64,000 bases of DNA from Pseudomonadota bacterium (GTDB lineage: Bacteria > Pseudomonadota > Gammaproteobacteria > Acidiferrobacterales > UBA6901), in NCBI GenBank assembly GCA_021778035.1, contig JAJYCY010000008.1, positions 612 to 64,611 of the forward strand, in the 5' to 3' direction. Below the pieces are notes generated by a model. That model was not told the DNA's origin and made no database searches. It worked only from the letters and a program-made list of their open reading frames with translations. Positions 1 through 8,786 of this stretch are shown piece by piece; positions within the stretch are counted from its first letter, which is position 1; every line of letters starts with the position of its first letter. The position numbers were made by a program, and so were the translations under genes.

Positions 1-38
1 GGGGCGTCATTAAAACGGAAGTGTGGAAAAGCCGACGC

Positions 39-1028
39 TTACTGGCTAGTAATGCGCAGTTCCACGCGCCGGTTTTTGGCACGCCCTGCTGCGGTCCGGT
101 TCGATGCGACCGGATCTTTATCGCCGTAGCCCTTGGCCGTCAGACGGCTGCCCTGGACGCCGTGGTCCACCAGGTATTTCCTCACCGCCTCGGCACGCCG
201 TTGTGACAGGACTTTATTGTAGGCCGCGTTGCCAGTGTTGTCGGTGTAGCCGGCCACCTCGGCATCAATCCCGGGATTATCCTTGAGCGTCTGTACCGCA
301 TGATCAAGGGTTGTCCGTGACACCGGAAGCAGATGCGCCGAGTTAATGGCAAACTCCACGCCCGGCAGTGCGATGACCTTCTGTGCCACAGGTGCCGGCG
401 GAGGTGGTGGCGCCGGCTGCGGCGCGGCTGCAGGTACCGGCGGGGGCGGGGGCGGAGGTGGTGGCGCCGCCTCTGGTACCGGTCCTAGCGGAATCTGCAG
501 TCCGATGTTCGCAATGGTGTCGTTGAAGTTGCCGTTTCCGAAGGTGTGCAGTTCCTGCACTCCGACGCGGATGGCGCCACCCCAGTTCCAGGGTGAGGAC
601 ATGAATCCGATCCCCACGGTGCCATAACCGTTTGTGTTGCTGCTGATGCCTGTGCCGCGCTGGTTGTTCGCGCCCACGCCCAGCAGGACAAAGGGTGAAA
701 ACTCCTTGGGCCGGTCATTGAAAAACCACAGTCCATTTACGCCATAGGCTGTCTGGTGGAACGAACCGGGAACGCCATTCTTGAAATCCAGCTTGTAGTC
801 GATGACTCCGGCTTCCAGATTCCAGTGTTTGGTGACCGGTTTGCCTACGTCGAACTGCCAGCCGCTTCCGTTACTGGTGTTTTCCTTGTTGTCCGGCCAT
901 ACATAACTGTATTGCGGCGCGATGTACCAGCGGCTGTCAAAAGTCTGATCCTGGGCACTGGCAATTGCCGATGAAGCAGCCAATCCCAGCGTTGTGATAG
1001 CCAATAAGTACTGGATTTTTCGTTTCAT
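39..1028 (-). CDS. OmpA-family outer-membrane protein (N-terminal beta-barrel, Pro-rich hinge, C-terminal OmpA/peptidoglycan-binding domain)
   Basis: 329-aa ORF. Signal peptide MKRKIQYLLAITTLGLAASSAIASA. Hinge PPPPPPPPPVPAAAPQPAPPPPPAP. C-terminal OmpA-domain motifs GYTDNTGNAAYNKVLSQRRAEAVRKYL and AKNRRVEL. Confidence 0.9.
   Translation of the reverse strand: MKRKIQYLLAITTLGLAASSAIASAQDQTFDSRWYIAPQYSYVWPDNKENTSNGSGWQFDVGKPVTKHWNLEAGVIDYKLDFKNGVPGSFHQTAYGVNGLWFFNDRPKEFSPFVLLGVGANNQRGTGISSNTNGYGTVGIGFMSSPWNWGGAIRVGVQELHTFGNGNFNDTIANIGLQIPLGPVPEAAPPPPPPPPPVPAAAPQPAPPPPPAPVAQKVIALPGVEFAINSAHLLPVSRTTLDHAVQTLKDNPGIDAEVAGYTDNTGNAAYNKVLSQRRAEAVRKYLVDHGVQGSRLTAKGYGDKDPVASNRTAAGRAKNRRVELRITSQ
397..469. 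repeat. 19-bp perfect direct repeat (ggcggaggtggtggcgccg at 397-415 and 451-469) inside the Pro-rich hinge coding region of the OmpA-like gene
   Basis: Both copies read directly from the sequence. The offset is 54 bp (18 codons), so the copies are in frame with each other. Confidence 0.6.
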
Positions 1029-1306
1029 GATTGTCTGTACTCCTTATCCGTTAGACTCAAATCTGCCCTTGCGGGGCCGAGAAATCAGACCGCTATTGTA
1101 GGTCCGCTCCACCTGCGAGGGCCACTGCGATGTCATGTCCGACGTGCTGGACGAATGATGGCTGCTTCGTTTCAGGAGGCTGGGAGGACGCTTTCAGGCG
1201 TAAGAGAACCTGTGCCGGAGTGAGGCGCGGGTTGGGTGCCGGCTGGTCCGCCAATCGTTATTACCGGTTCTGTGGCCTGGAACACCGGGTCCATCCTCAG
1301 GCCGGA

Positions 1307-2569
1307 TCATAATCCCGGAATGCTCGTGATGCCACCGTAGAGACTGAGGCACGCGCTGACGGTCGAGACTGCGGCCACGATCCAGAAATAGCTGCCTTGC
1401 AGCCGATGTCCGGCAGGCAGTGCCTTGACCGCCAGGGCAACAAGAAATCCGAGCACCAGGGGCAGAAGCAGGGCGTTCATGACTTCGACCGCGATATCAA
1501 GATCAACCAGATTGGGAATCAGAATCACGGCCAGGGCGCTGGCCACGATGATTAACGTGTAGATGCCATAAAACCAGGGAGCTTCCCGCGGATGGTGTTC
1601 CAGCGAGTGCCGGAAGCCGGTGACCTCTCCCCAGCCCCAGGCCCCCGCAAGAGAAGCCACGATGGCTGCAACCATTCCTGCCCCGGTAATGCCTACAGAA
1701 AAGATGATTTTTCCCCAGGTGCTGCCAAGAAAAGGTGTAATGGCTCCGGAGAGCTGTTGCACCGTGTCGAGTGGTGCATGGCGATGGGTCATGCCAATGG
1801 TCGCCGCCGCAGCGACCAGAATTGAAGCCATGATTGCCTGCGTCAGCACTGCACCGATGCCCGTATCCCAGCGCGCTTGTCGGTACTGCTCCGGGCGCAG
1901 TCCTTTATCAGCCACTGCGGACTGCTGGTAAAATATCATCCATGGCATGATGACAGCACCGATGTTGGCTGCCACCAATGTCATGTAGTTTCCGCTGGCA
2001 AAGGGAATTTCGGAGAGCCCCTTGGCCATGGCGGCCGGGTTGGGATGGCTGATCCACGCAATGGCAATGAACACCACTTCGAAAAGACCCATGACAAGGG
2101 CGGCGCGTTCTACGCGCCGGTAAGAACCAGTGGTGACGATGACGAGCAGGGTCAGCGCCGCCAGGATAACCCCGACAAAACGCGGCATGCCATAAAGCTG
2201 GCTCACGCCGGCCACTCCTGAAAACTCGGTCAGCAGAGCACCTGCCGTGGCAATGCTGAGGCCTGTCACCGAGAGATAGGCCCATCCCTTACCAAACGTG
2301 TCCCGGATGAGCTCGCCGTGTCCCTTGCCCGTGAAAATCCCGAGGCGGACAGTCAGTTCCTGCACAAAATACAGGACCGGGATCAATGCAAACTGCAGCA
2401 ACAGCAGCCGGTAACCCCACTCAGCTCCGCTCTGTGCCGCAGTAATGACGCTGCCGACGTCCGTGTCGGCCAGCATGACCACGAGGCCGGGTCCGAGCAC
2501 GGCTAGAAAAGCAGAGTTTCGCAGGAAGAGAGTTCGGCGGGATTGTGCCGCGGCGGCTTCTGTGTTCAT
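1307..2569 (-). CDS. mntH: Nramp-family (MntH-like) divalent metal transporter, divergent metal-site motifs
   Basis: The ORF-track start at 2629 is a TTG that is really the TTGACA -35 box. The first ATG in GC-rich coding context is 2569 (MNTEAAAAQSRRTLFLRNSAFLAVLGPGLVVMLADTDVGS...). The protein is a polytopic membrane protein. It has an Nramp-like TM1 (ADTDVGS) and TM6 (GAVIMPWMIFYQQS). Confidence 0.8.
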   Translation of the reverse strand: MNTEAAAAQSRRTLFLRNSAFLAVLGPGLVVMLADTDVGSVITAAQSGAEWGYRLLLLQFALIPVLYFVQELTVRLGIFTGKGHGELIRDTFGKGWAYLSVTGLSIATAGALLTEFSGVAGVSQLYGMPRFVGVILAALTLLVIVTTGSYRRVERAALVMGLFEVVFIAIAWISHPNPAAMAKGLSEIPFASGNYMTLVAANIGAVIMPWMIFYQQSAVADKGLRPEQYRQARWDTGIGAVLTQAIMASILVAAAATIGMTHRHAPLDTVQQLSGAITPFLGSTWGKIIFSVGITGAGMVAAIVASLAGAWGWGEVTGFRHSLEHHPREAPWFYGIYTLIIVASALAVILIPNLVDLDIAVEVMNALLLPLVLGFLVALAVKALPAGHRLQGSYFWIVAAVSTVSACLSLYGGITSIPGL

Positions 2570-2598
2570 GGGGCTTGCATAGATTAAGTGTAAATGAG

Positions 2599-2629
2599 AA
2601 TTATTACTAATAATTGTACTTTCTGTCAA
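2599..2629 (-). promoter_or_regulatory. Predicted sigma70 promoter of the Nramp gene with overlapping 17-bp perfect palindrome operator
   Basis: On the minus strand the sequence reads TTGACA (2629-2624), a 17-nt spacer, then TAATAA (2606-2601), 31 nt before ATG 2569. The palindrome AATTATTA-G-TAATAATT (2599-2615) covers the -10 box. This AT-rich island sits in an otherwise GC-rich region and resembles Fur/Mur-type GATAAT repeats. Confidence 0.5.
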
Positions 2630-2699
2630 GGATTAAGCGGAGGTGCCTGGCCGCAAGGGAATTTCAGGCCTGAACTGGCCCCCGGTTTGTTGAGGTTCC

Positions 2700-3384
2700 C
2701 TGTGCGGCCGTCATGTTGACCGGGACGATCTGCCGGGCCGGGTGAGTGCGGACCCGAATCCTGACTTCCCGCCAACAGCGGTCCGTCCGCGGTGTCTCGC
2801 CGGCGGCAGCAAAGCCATGGATGACTGGTTGATCCTTATGGGCAATGGCTGCGGGCGTTCGCCAGTACATCTGGCTCGCGCGGCGCGCTCAGGAATGATG
2901 CGCTTCAGACCCATGACTCGCACATCTACGCTGTGGGCGAATGCGTGCAGCACCGTGGCCGGGCAGCGCCGTTGTTGAGACAGGCCAGGGCCTGCATCGC
3001 TAACGGCTGACCGTCTCGCAACGATCGGAATCGCAGGTTACAAGGAGTCTGTTGTGGGCCCGAATCTCAAGGTTATCGGCATCAGCCCATATTCGGCTGG
3101 TGATATCCATGGGGCGGGGAAGCTGGCATCCCGGGACGCCGGGTGCCGCGTGCACAAGAAGCGGGTTGTGCACGATAACCGGATCACGGGCGCGGCGCTT
3201 TATGGCGATACCATGGATGGCGCCCGGCACTTCCAAATTGATATGCGACGCCAGCGAAATCGCCGAATTCCGCGCACATCCGCTGTCCGGTCAGCCACAT
3301 GCCAGCGGTGCCCGACACAGTGCCGGGGCCAGCGTCACAGACCTGACTGACGATACCGAGATCCGCGGCTGCAGCGGAGTATGA
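2700..3384 (+). pseudogene. Decayed fragment of a NirB-type NAD(P)H nitrite reductase large-subunit gene
   Basis: There is no intact ORF. Consecutive pieces in different frames match NirB by eye. The pieces are LAGGSKAMDDWLILMGNGCGRSPVHLARAA; then NDALQTHDSHIYAVGECVQHRG... ending at stop 3008-3010; then NLKVIGISPYSAGDIHG...VHKKRVVHDNRITGAALYGDTMDGARHFQ; then LTDDTEIRGCSGV ending at stop 3382-3384. That implies at least 2 frameshifts and 2 premature stops. The N-terminal ~230 aa and the entire sirohaem/Fe-S half are missing. Confidence 0.6.
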
Positions 3385-3453
3385 GTGAGCGGCCAGCTGT
3401 CCGGCACTCTGCCGATACGCCGGCAGCTGGCTGGGTAACGGAAGCTGAATTGC

Positions 3454-4626
3454 TCAGGCGCGCCGCGATGCCAGTTCTGCCCCTGTCCGGCCAGCAGTTC
3501 CACGGAGACGCTCGATGGTTTCCTTGAGCGCGCTGACAAGCAGCGATACGTTCTTCATCCGGCACGTCTGACCCATCAGTCCGATGCGGAAAATGCGTCC
3601 GGCCAGAGCGCCGAGACCCGCTCCGATCTCGATGTCGTAGTCGGACAGGAGAATCTGCCGGATCTGTGCCTCGTCGACGCCATCAGGAACCGTGATCGCA
3701 TTGAGGTGCGGCAGACGTGATTCCTCGCGCACCAGGAACCGCAGCCCCAGGGACTCGATGCCGGCCCGCAGAGCCAGATGCGTGTGCTGATGCCGATTCC
3801 ACGCGTTTTCCAGCCCTTCTTCCTGCAGCATGACAAGCGCTTCGTGCAGGCCATACAGCGCGTTGACCGGGGCAGTGTGATGATAGGTGCGCTTGCTCGA
3901 TCCGCCCCAGTATCCCATCACCAGGGTGAGGTCGAGGAACCAGCTGGGTACGGGCGACTTGCGGTGCCGGATCTTCTCGATCGCACGCTCGTTGAAGCTC
4001 ACCGGTGACAGGCCCGGAGTGCAGGAGAGGCATTTCTGCGAACCCGAATAGATCGCATCTATGTTCCATTCATCGACCTTCAGCGGAATTCCGCCGAGTG
4101 AAGTGACGGCATCCACGATCGCGAGGCAGTCGTGGCGATGGGCAATCTCGACCAGGGTCTTGGCATCCGAACGTACGCCGGTGGAGGTTTCGGCGTGCAC
4201 AAACGCGACCAGCTTCGCATCGCGGTGTTTGCCAAGGGTATCCTCCAGCCTGTCGGGATCCACCGGATCGCCCCAGGCATTCTCCACGATGACCGGAACG
4301 CCACCCACGCGCACTACGTTTTCCTTCATGCGCCCGCCGAATACCCCGTTGACGCACACCACCACCTTGTCCCCCGGTTCAACCAGGTTGACGAAGCAGG
4401 TTTCCATTCCGGCCGAGCCGGGCGCGGAAACGGGCATTGTCAGCTCGTTGCGGGTCTGGAAGGCGTACTGCAGCATGGCCTTCACCTCATCCATCATTTC
4501 GACGAATGCCGGGTCCAGATGGCCGATTGTCGGGCGCGCCATGGCAGCGAGCACGCGCGGGTGTACGTCGGACGGGCCTGGTCCCATAAGGGTGCGCACC
4601 GGGGGATTGAAGGATTTCGTGGTCAT
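3454..4626 (-). CDS. Class-V aminotransferase, serine-glyoxylate / alanine-glyoxylate aminotransferase family
   Basis: ORF 3454..4812 trimmed to ATG 4626 (MTTKSFNPPVRTLMGPGPSDVHPRVLAAM...). PLP-lysine motif YSGSQKCL. The gene lies next to glcDEF. Confidence 0.85.
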   Translation of the reverse strand: MTTKSFNPPVRTLMGPGPSDVHPRVLAAMARPTIGHLDPAFVEMMDEVKAMLQYAFQTRNELTMPVSAPGSAGMETCFVNLVEPGDKVVVCVNGVFGGRMKENVVRVGGVPVIVENAWGDPVDPDRLEDTLGKHRDAKLVAFVHAETSTGVRSDAKTLVEIAHRHDCLAIVDAVTSLGGIPLKVDEWNIDAIYSGSQKCLSCTPGLSPVSFNERAIEKIRHRKSPVPSWFLDLTLVMGYWGGSSKRTYHHTAPVNALYGLHEALVMLQEEGLENAWNRHQHTHLALRAGIESLGLRFLVREESRLPHLNAITVPDGVDEAQIRQILLSDYDIEIGAGLGALAGRIFRIGLMGQTCRMKNVSLLVSALKETIERLRGTAGRTGAELASRRA

Positions 4627-4700
4627 GATCTGTCCTGGGTTGGCCGTGTTCGGAGGATGGCAATATTTAGAATTATTATAATATTTTATCCCTTTCTGAC

Positions 4701-5954
4701 TCAACGAGTAATAAATTGACCGTCTTGTTCGTGGCCGGGCAGACAGGCATCCAGCAGTTCTATCCAGTGGCGCACAGGCACCGAGGCACGCGACTGCAGA
4801 TGTACCAGGCAACCAATGTTGGCTGTGCCGATCGCAAGCGGCTGGCCCGACTCAAGCGCGGCGAGTTTCTGGGTTAAGAGCTGGCGCGAAATCTGCGGTT
4901 GCAGCAGCGAGTAGGTACCGGCCGACCCGCAGCACAGGTGCATGTCGGCAACCGGAGCAAGCTCGAATCCCGCATCCGTCAGTATGCCTTCGACCACGCC
5001 GCCAAGCTTCTGTCCGTGCTGCAGTGTGCACGGGCAGTGAAAGGCGATGCGTGCGGTTCCGCTGCCCGTCCGGCCCAGAACGGACCGATCCTCCCTGGCC
5101 AGAACCTCGCTGAGGTCCCGGGACAGTTCCGATATGCGCGCGGCGCGCGCAGCGTACACCGGGTCACCGGCCAGCAGCTTGCCATATTCCTTGACCATCA
5201 CCCCGCAACCGCTTGCGTTCAGCACCACGGCTTCGGCCCCGGCCTCGATGTGCGGCCACCAGGCATCAATGTTGCGCCGGGCAAAATCCAGCCCCTCCTG
5301 GTGGGCGCCGAGGTGATAGCTCATGGCTCCGCAGCAGCCGCTGCCGGAGACGCGCAGAAGACTGATGCCGAGATGGTCGAGCACGCGCGCGGTAGCTGCA
5401 TCGATGTTCGGCGAAATCGACGGCTGCACGCATCCCCCGAGTGCCAGCATCTTCCGGCGGTGGGAAGAGCTTGGCCAGCTGCCAGCCGTCCGCAACGGAG
5501 GAATGGCGCTGCTCCAGGCCGCCGGAAGGATGCCTCGGACCGATCTGGCGGTCCGGAGCAGAATGCCGAAGCGGCGTCTGTGCGGGATCACCGCCCGCAG
5601 CAGCCGGCGTTTGAACCGGTCCACGATGTTCCGCCGCACCTGCCGTTCAACCAGACTCCTGCCGATATCCAGCAGCCGTCCGTAATGTACGCCCGACGGG
5701 CAGGTCGTCTCGCAGGCGCGGCAGCTGAGGCAGCGGTCCAGATGCAGCTGTGTGCGCCGCGTGGCCACCGCTCCCTCCAGGACCTGTTTGACCAGGTATA
5801 TGCGTCCGCGGGGCCCGTCCAGTTCATCGCGGAACACGCCGTAGGTGGGGCAGGTCGCAGTGCAGAAGCCGCAGTGCACGCAGGCACGAAGTATCGATTC
5901 GGCCTCGCGGCCGTCAGCACTATGGCGCAGATCTTCAGTCAGGGTTGTCTGCAT
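4701..5954 (-). CDS. glcF: Glycolate oxidase iron-sulfur subunit
   Basis: Two ferredoxin-type clusters, CVHCGFCTATCP and CLSCRACETTCP, plus C-terminal Cys-rich CCG-type repeats (CCGAMS, CCGSAG). It follows glcD-glcE on the same strand. Confidence 0.9.
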   Translation of the reverse strand: MQTTLTEDLRHSADGREAESILRACVHCGFCTATCPTYGVFRDELDGPRGRIYLVKQVLEGAVATRRTQLHLDRCLSCRACETTCPSGVHYGRLLDIGRSLVERQVRRNIVDRFKRRLLRAVIPHRRRFGILLRTARSVRGILPAAWSSAIPPLRTAGSWPSSSHRRKMLALGGCVQPSISPNIDAATARVLDHLGISLLRVSGSGCCGAMSYHLGAHQEGLDFARRNIDAWWPHIEAGAEAVVLNASGCGVMVKEYGKLLAGDPVYAARAARISELSRDLSEVLAREDRSVLGRTGSGTARIAFHCPCTLQHGQKLGGVVEGILTDAGFELAPVADMHLCCGSAGTYSLLQPQISRQLLTQKLAALESGQPLAIGTANIGCLVHLQSRASVPVRHWIELLDACLPGHEQDGQFITR

Positions 5955-6002
5955 GAAAACGCCGAGCCGGTGACAGGCGGCGGTAGCGCCTGCACCGGGG
6001 GT

Positions 6003-7094
6003 TCAAAATCCCGCATACATCCTGCCGGGGTTGAATACCTGTTCCGGATCCATCGCTGCCTTGATCCGGCGATGCAGCTCCATGAGATCCGGCACCAGTG
6101 GATGAAAAACATCCCCGCTGCGGTCACCGCCGCGGAACAGCGTGACATGTCCGCCGGCCCGGGACGCGTGCCGGTGTATGGCCGGCGCATCGGCATCGCT
6201 TCTCAGCCAGCGCTGCGAACCGCCCCAGTCCAGCAGCCATTTGCCAGGAATGTCCAGCGGTGGCGTGGCCGGCGGCACGGCAACGCGCCACAGCGGCAGC
6301 GGACCATCGAAAAAGGCATGTTGCTGGTCACGGACAGACAGCCAGAAACTGCGGTCATCCTTCAGGATCTCGCCCCCGATCCGGTCATGGGCAGCCCGCA
6401 CCGCCGGCTCGGCCCCGCTGAGCCGCACGTACAGCCGGTCACCATCGAAGCAGCAGCCGGACAGGGGCAGCGGCCGGCGCGCCCATATATTCATGACATC
6501 AATTGCTTCAGCCGGCGTGCGATGCTGTACCAGCGTCAGCTCTGCTGCCGGGCGTGGCAGCACCTTGAGCGATACTTCAAGCAACACCCCGAGCGTGCCA
6601 AGCGCTCCGGTCATGAGACGGGCCACATCATAGCCGGCGACATTTTTCATGACCTGGCCGCCGAAAGCGAGCACTTCAGCCTGCCCGTTGATGATTTTTG
6701 CCCCCAGTACAAAGTCGCGTGCCGAGCCGGCATAGGGACGTCGCGGCCCGGACAGCCCGGTGGCAATGGCCCCTCCGAGCGTGGCTGCTCCGCCGAAATG
6801 GGGAGGTTCAAATGCGAGCATCTGGTTTCTCTCCGCCAGCGCTGCCTCGATCTCGCTCAGCGGTGTCCCGCAGCGGGCCGTGAGCACAAGCTCGCTCGGA
6901 TCGTAGCCGACGATGCCACGATGGGCGGCAGTGGACAGCGTTACGCCGGAAACCCTGCGCCCATAGAACGACTTGCTCCCTCCGCCGGAGATCTGCAGCC
7001 CGGTTCCGGATCGCAGTGCGGCCCGGACCTGTTCCTGAAGCAGCTCGCTGCTGTCGAGGGTGTCGGTCGCCACGCGTTCCGTCTGGTTGCCCAT
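6003..7094 (-). CDS. glcE: Glycolate oxidase FAD-binding subunit
   Basis: ORF 6003..7307 trimmed to ATG 7094 (MGNQTERVATDTLDSSELLQEQV...), 4 nt after the glcD stop. FAD-binding PCMH-type domain. Conserved glcD-E-F order. Confidence 0.85.
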   Translation of the reverse strand: MGNQTERVATDTLDSSELLQEQVRAALRSGTGLQISGGGSKSFYGRRVSGVTLSTAAHRGIVGYDPSELVLTARCGTPLSEIEAALAERNQMLAFEPPHFGGAATLGGAIATGLSGPRRPYAGSARDFVLGAKIINGQAEVLAFGGQVMKNVAGYDVARLMTGALGTLGVLLEVSLKVLPRPAAELTLVQHRTPAEAIDVMNIWARRPLPLSGCCFDGDRLYVRLSGAEPAVRAAHDRIGGEILKDDRSFWLSVRDQQHAFFDGPLPLWRVAVPPATPPLDIPGKWLLDWGGSQRWLRSDADAPAIHRHASRAGGHVTLFRGGDRSGDVFHPLVPDLMELHRRIKAAMDPEQVFNPGRMYAGF

Positions 7095-7098
7095 TGCC

Positions 7099-8577
7099 TC
7101 AGAAGCGCTCGATTTCCGGAAAGTGGAGTTTGCCGCCGTGTACATGCATGGCCCCGTACTCGGCGCACCGCCGCAGCGTGGGTATCGCCTTGCCTGGATT
7201 GAGCAGGCCCTGCGGGTCAAATGCGTGTTTGAGTGCATGAAACTGGGTAAGCGCCGGCGCGGAAAACTGCAGACACATCTGGTCGATTTTTTCCACCCCG
7301 ACGCCATGTTCCCCGGTAATGGTTCCGCCTACCTCGACACAGAGCTCGAGAATCCTGGCGCCAAGCTGCTCGGCACGCTCGAGATCGCCCGGCCGGCTGG
7401 CATCATACAGAATCAGCGGGTGCAGATTGCCGTCACCGGCATGGAACACATTGGCCACCCGCAGACCGGCGCTGGCAGACATTTCGCTGATGCGCACCAG
7501 TACGCGCGCGAGATTGCGGCGCGGAATCGTGCCGTCCATGCAGTAGTAGTCTGGCGCCAGCCGGCCCACTGCCGGAAATGCGGCTTTGCGGCCAGCCCAG
7601 AACAGCAGCCGCTCCCGCTCATCCTGGGCCGTGCGCACGCTGGCCGCACCGCACTGCGTGAGAATCCGTCGTACCTGCAGAATCTGTTCCGACACCTCTT
7701 CGTTCATGCCGTCGAGTTCGCACAGCAGAATGGCCGCGGCGTCCACCGGGTAGCCGGCATGCACGTACTCCTCGGCCGCGCGGATGGCGAGATTGTCCAT
7801 CATCTCGAGGCCGGCGGGTACGATTCCGGCTGCAATGATGGCGGCCACCGCGGCGCCTGCCTTCTCGGCGTCATCAAAGGCCGCCAGTGCCACCTGCGCC
7901 CGCTCGGGGCGTGGCAGCAGTTTCACAACGATTTCGACAATGATCCCCAGCAGTCCTTCGGACCCGGTCAGGAGAGCCAGCAGATCGTAGCCGGGCGAGT
8001 CCGGGGCGCCGCCGCCGACAGCGAGCAACCTCCCGTCCGGGGTCAGAAAGGTGAGTGCCTGGATGTTGTGGACCGTGAGGCCGTATTTGAGGCAGTGGAT
8101 GCCCCCGGCATTCTCGGCAACATTGCCGCCGATACTGCATGCGATCTGGGAAGAGGGGTCCGGAGCGTAATACAGCCCGAGTGGAGCCACTGCCTCGGAG
8201 ATTGCCAGATTGCGGACTCCGGGCTGCACGCGGGCAATGCGGTTGTGTTCGTCGATTTCGAGGATGCGGTTGAGTTTCGCGAGCGACAGCAGCACGCCGT
8301 CTGCGTTCGGCAGCGCGCCGCCGGACAGGCCGGTGCCGGCGCCGCGCGCCACAACCGGGATGCCGCGCTCACTGCAGGCTGCAAGCACGGCACGCACCTG
8401 TTCCACGGTTTCCGGGAGCACGACCAGCATCGGCAGTTCCCGGTATGCCGAGAGGCCATCACATTCATAGGCACGCAGTGCTTCCGGGTCGTGCAGAATC
8501 GCCGCCGCCGGCAGCGAACGCCGCAGTGTACGGATGAGCTCGCGCCGCATGTGCGGATTCAAATCACGGGTAACCAT
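7099..8577 (-). CDS. glcD: Glycolate oxidase subunit GlcD (FAD-linked oxidase)
   Basis: ~492-aa FAD-linked oxidase with VVARGAGTGLSGGA. ATG 8577 is preferred over the GTG at 8583 used by the ORF track; the start is uncertain by 2 codons. Confidence 0.9.
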   Translation of the reverse strand: MVTRDLNPHMRRELIRTLRRSLPAAAILHDPEALRAYECDGLSAYRELPMLVVLPETVEQVRAVLAACSERGIPVVARGAGTGLSGGALPNADGVLLSLAKLNRILEIDEHNRIARVQPGVRNLAISEAVAPLGLYYAPDPSSQIACSIGGNVAENAGGIHCLKYGLTVHNIQALTFLTPDGRLLAVGGGAPDSPGYDLLALLTGSEGLLGIIVEIVVKLLPRPERAQVALAAFDDAEKAGAAVAAIIAAGIVPAGLEMMDNLAIRAAEEYVHAGYPVDAAAILLCELDGMNEEVSEQILQVRRILTQCGAASVRTAQDERERLLFWAGRKAAFPAVGRLAPDYYCMDGTIPRRNLARVLVRISEMSASAGLRVANVFHAGDGNLHPLILYDASRPGDLERAEQLGARILELCVEVGGTITGEHGVGVEKIDQMCLQFSAPALTQFHALKHAFDPQGLLNPGKAIPTLRRCAEYGAMHVHGGKLHFPEIERF

Positions 8578-8707
8578 GGACACCGAAACCTGTCGGCTGA
8601 ACCGGATGCCAGTTAATCATGGCCGTGCCTGCAGGCCAATAGGCCGGTGGACGTGTCATCCGGCCGGCCCGTGCGGATGCCCGGGCCGGACCGGTAATGT
8701 AAATAGC

Positions 8708-8762
8708 AATGATTGACAATTGCGTTAGCGGGCAGCTATCATAGTAAATAACAATCATTCGC
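8708..8762 (+). promoter_or_regulatory. Predicted sigma70 promoter with Fur-box-like sequences upstream of the cupredoxin-FTR1 operon
   Basis: TTGACA (8713-8718), an 18-nt spacer, then TATCAT (8737-8742). GTAAATAACAATCATTCGC (8744-8762) matches 13/19 positions of the classical Fur box GATAATGATAATCATTATC. AATGATTG (8708-8715) is the reverse complement of CAATCATT (8752-8759). Confidence 0.5.
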
Positions 8763-8786
8763 ATTTATAGCGGGGCCGGAAAAACC

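Noticed and set aside
3391-3433. Hairpin GCCAGCTGTCCGGC ... GCCGGCAGCTGGC downstream of the aminotransferase gene, considered as an intrinsic terminator
   Set aside because: The stem is imperfect and there is no U-tract on the relevant (minus) strand. It lies within the decayed nirB-like sequence. The evidence is insufficient to call a terminator.
4899-7202. 767-aa plus-strand ORF spanning the glcF/glcE region
   Set aside because: It is an antisense shadow ORF typical of GC-rich DNA. The translation is Arg/Ala/Pro/Gly/His-rich and low in complexity with no motif, while the minus strand encodes clearly recognisable GlcF and GlcE.
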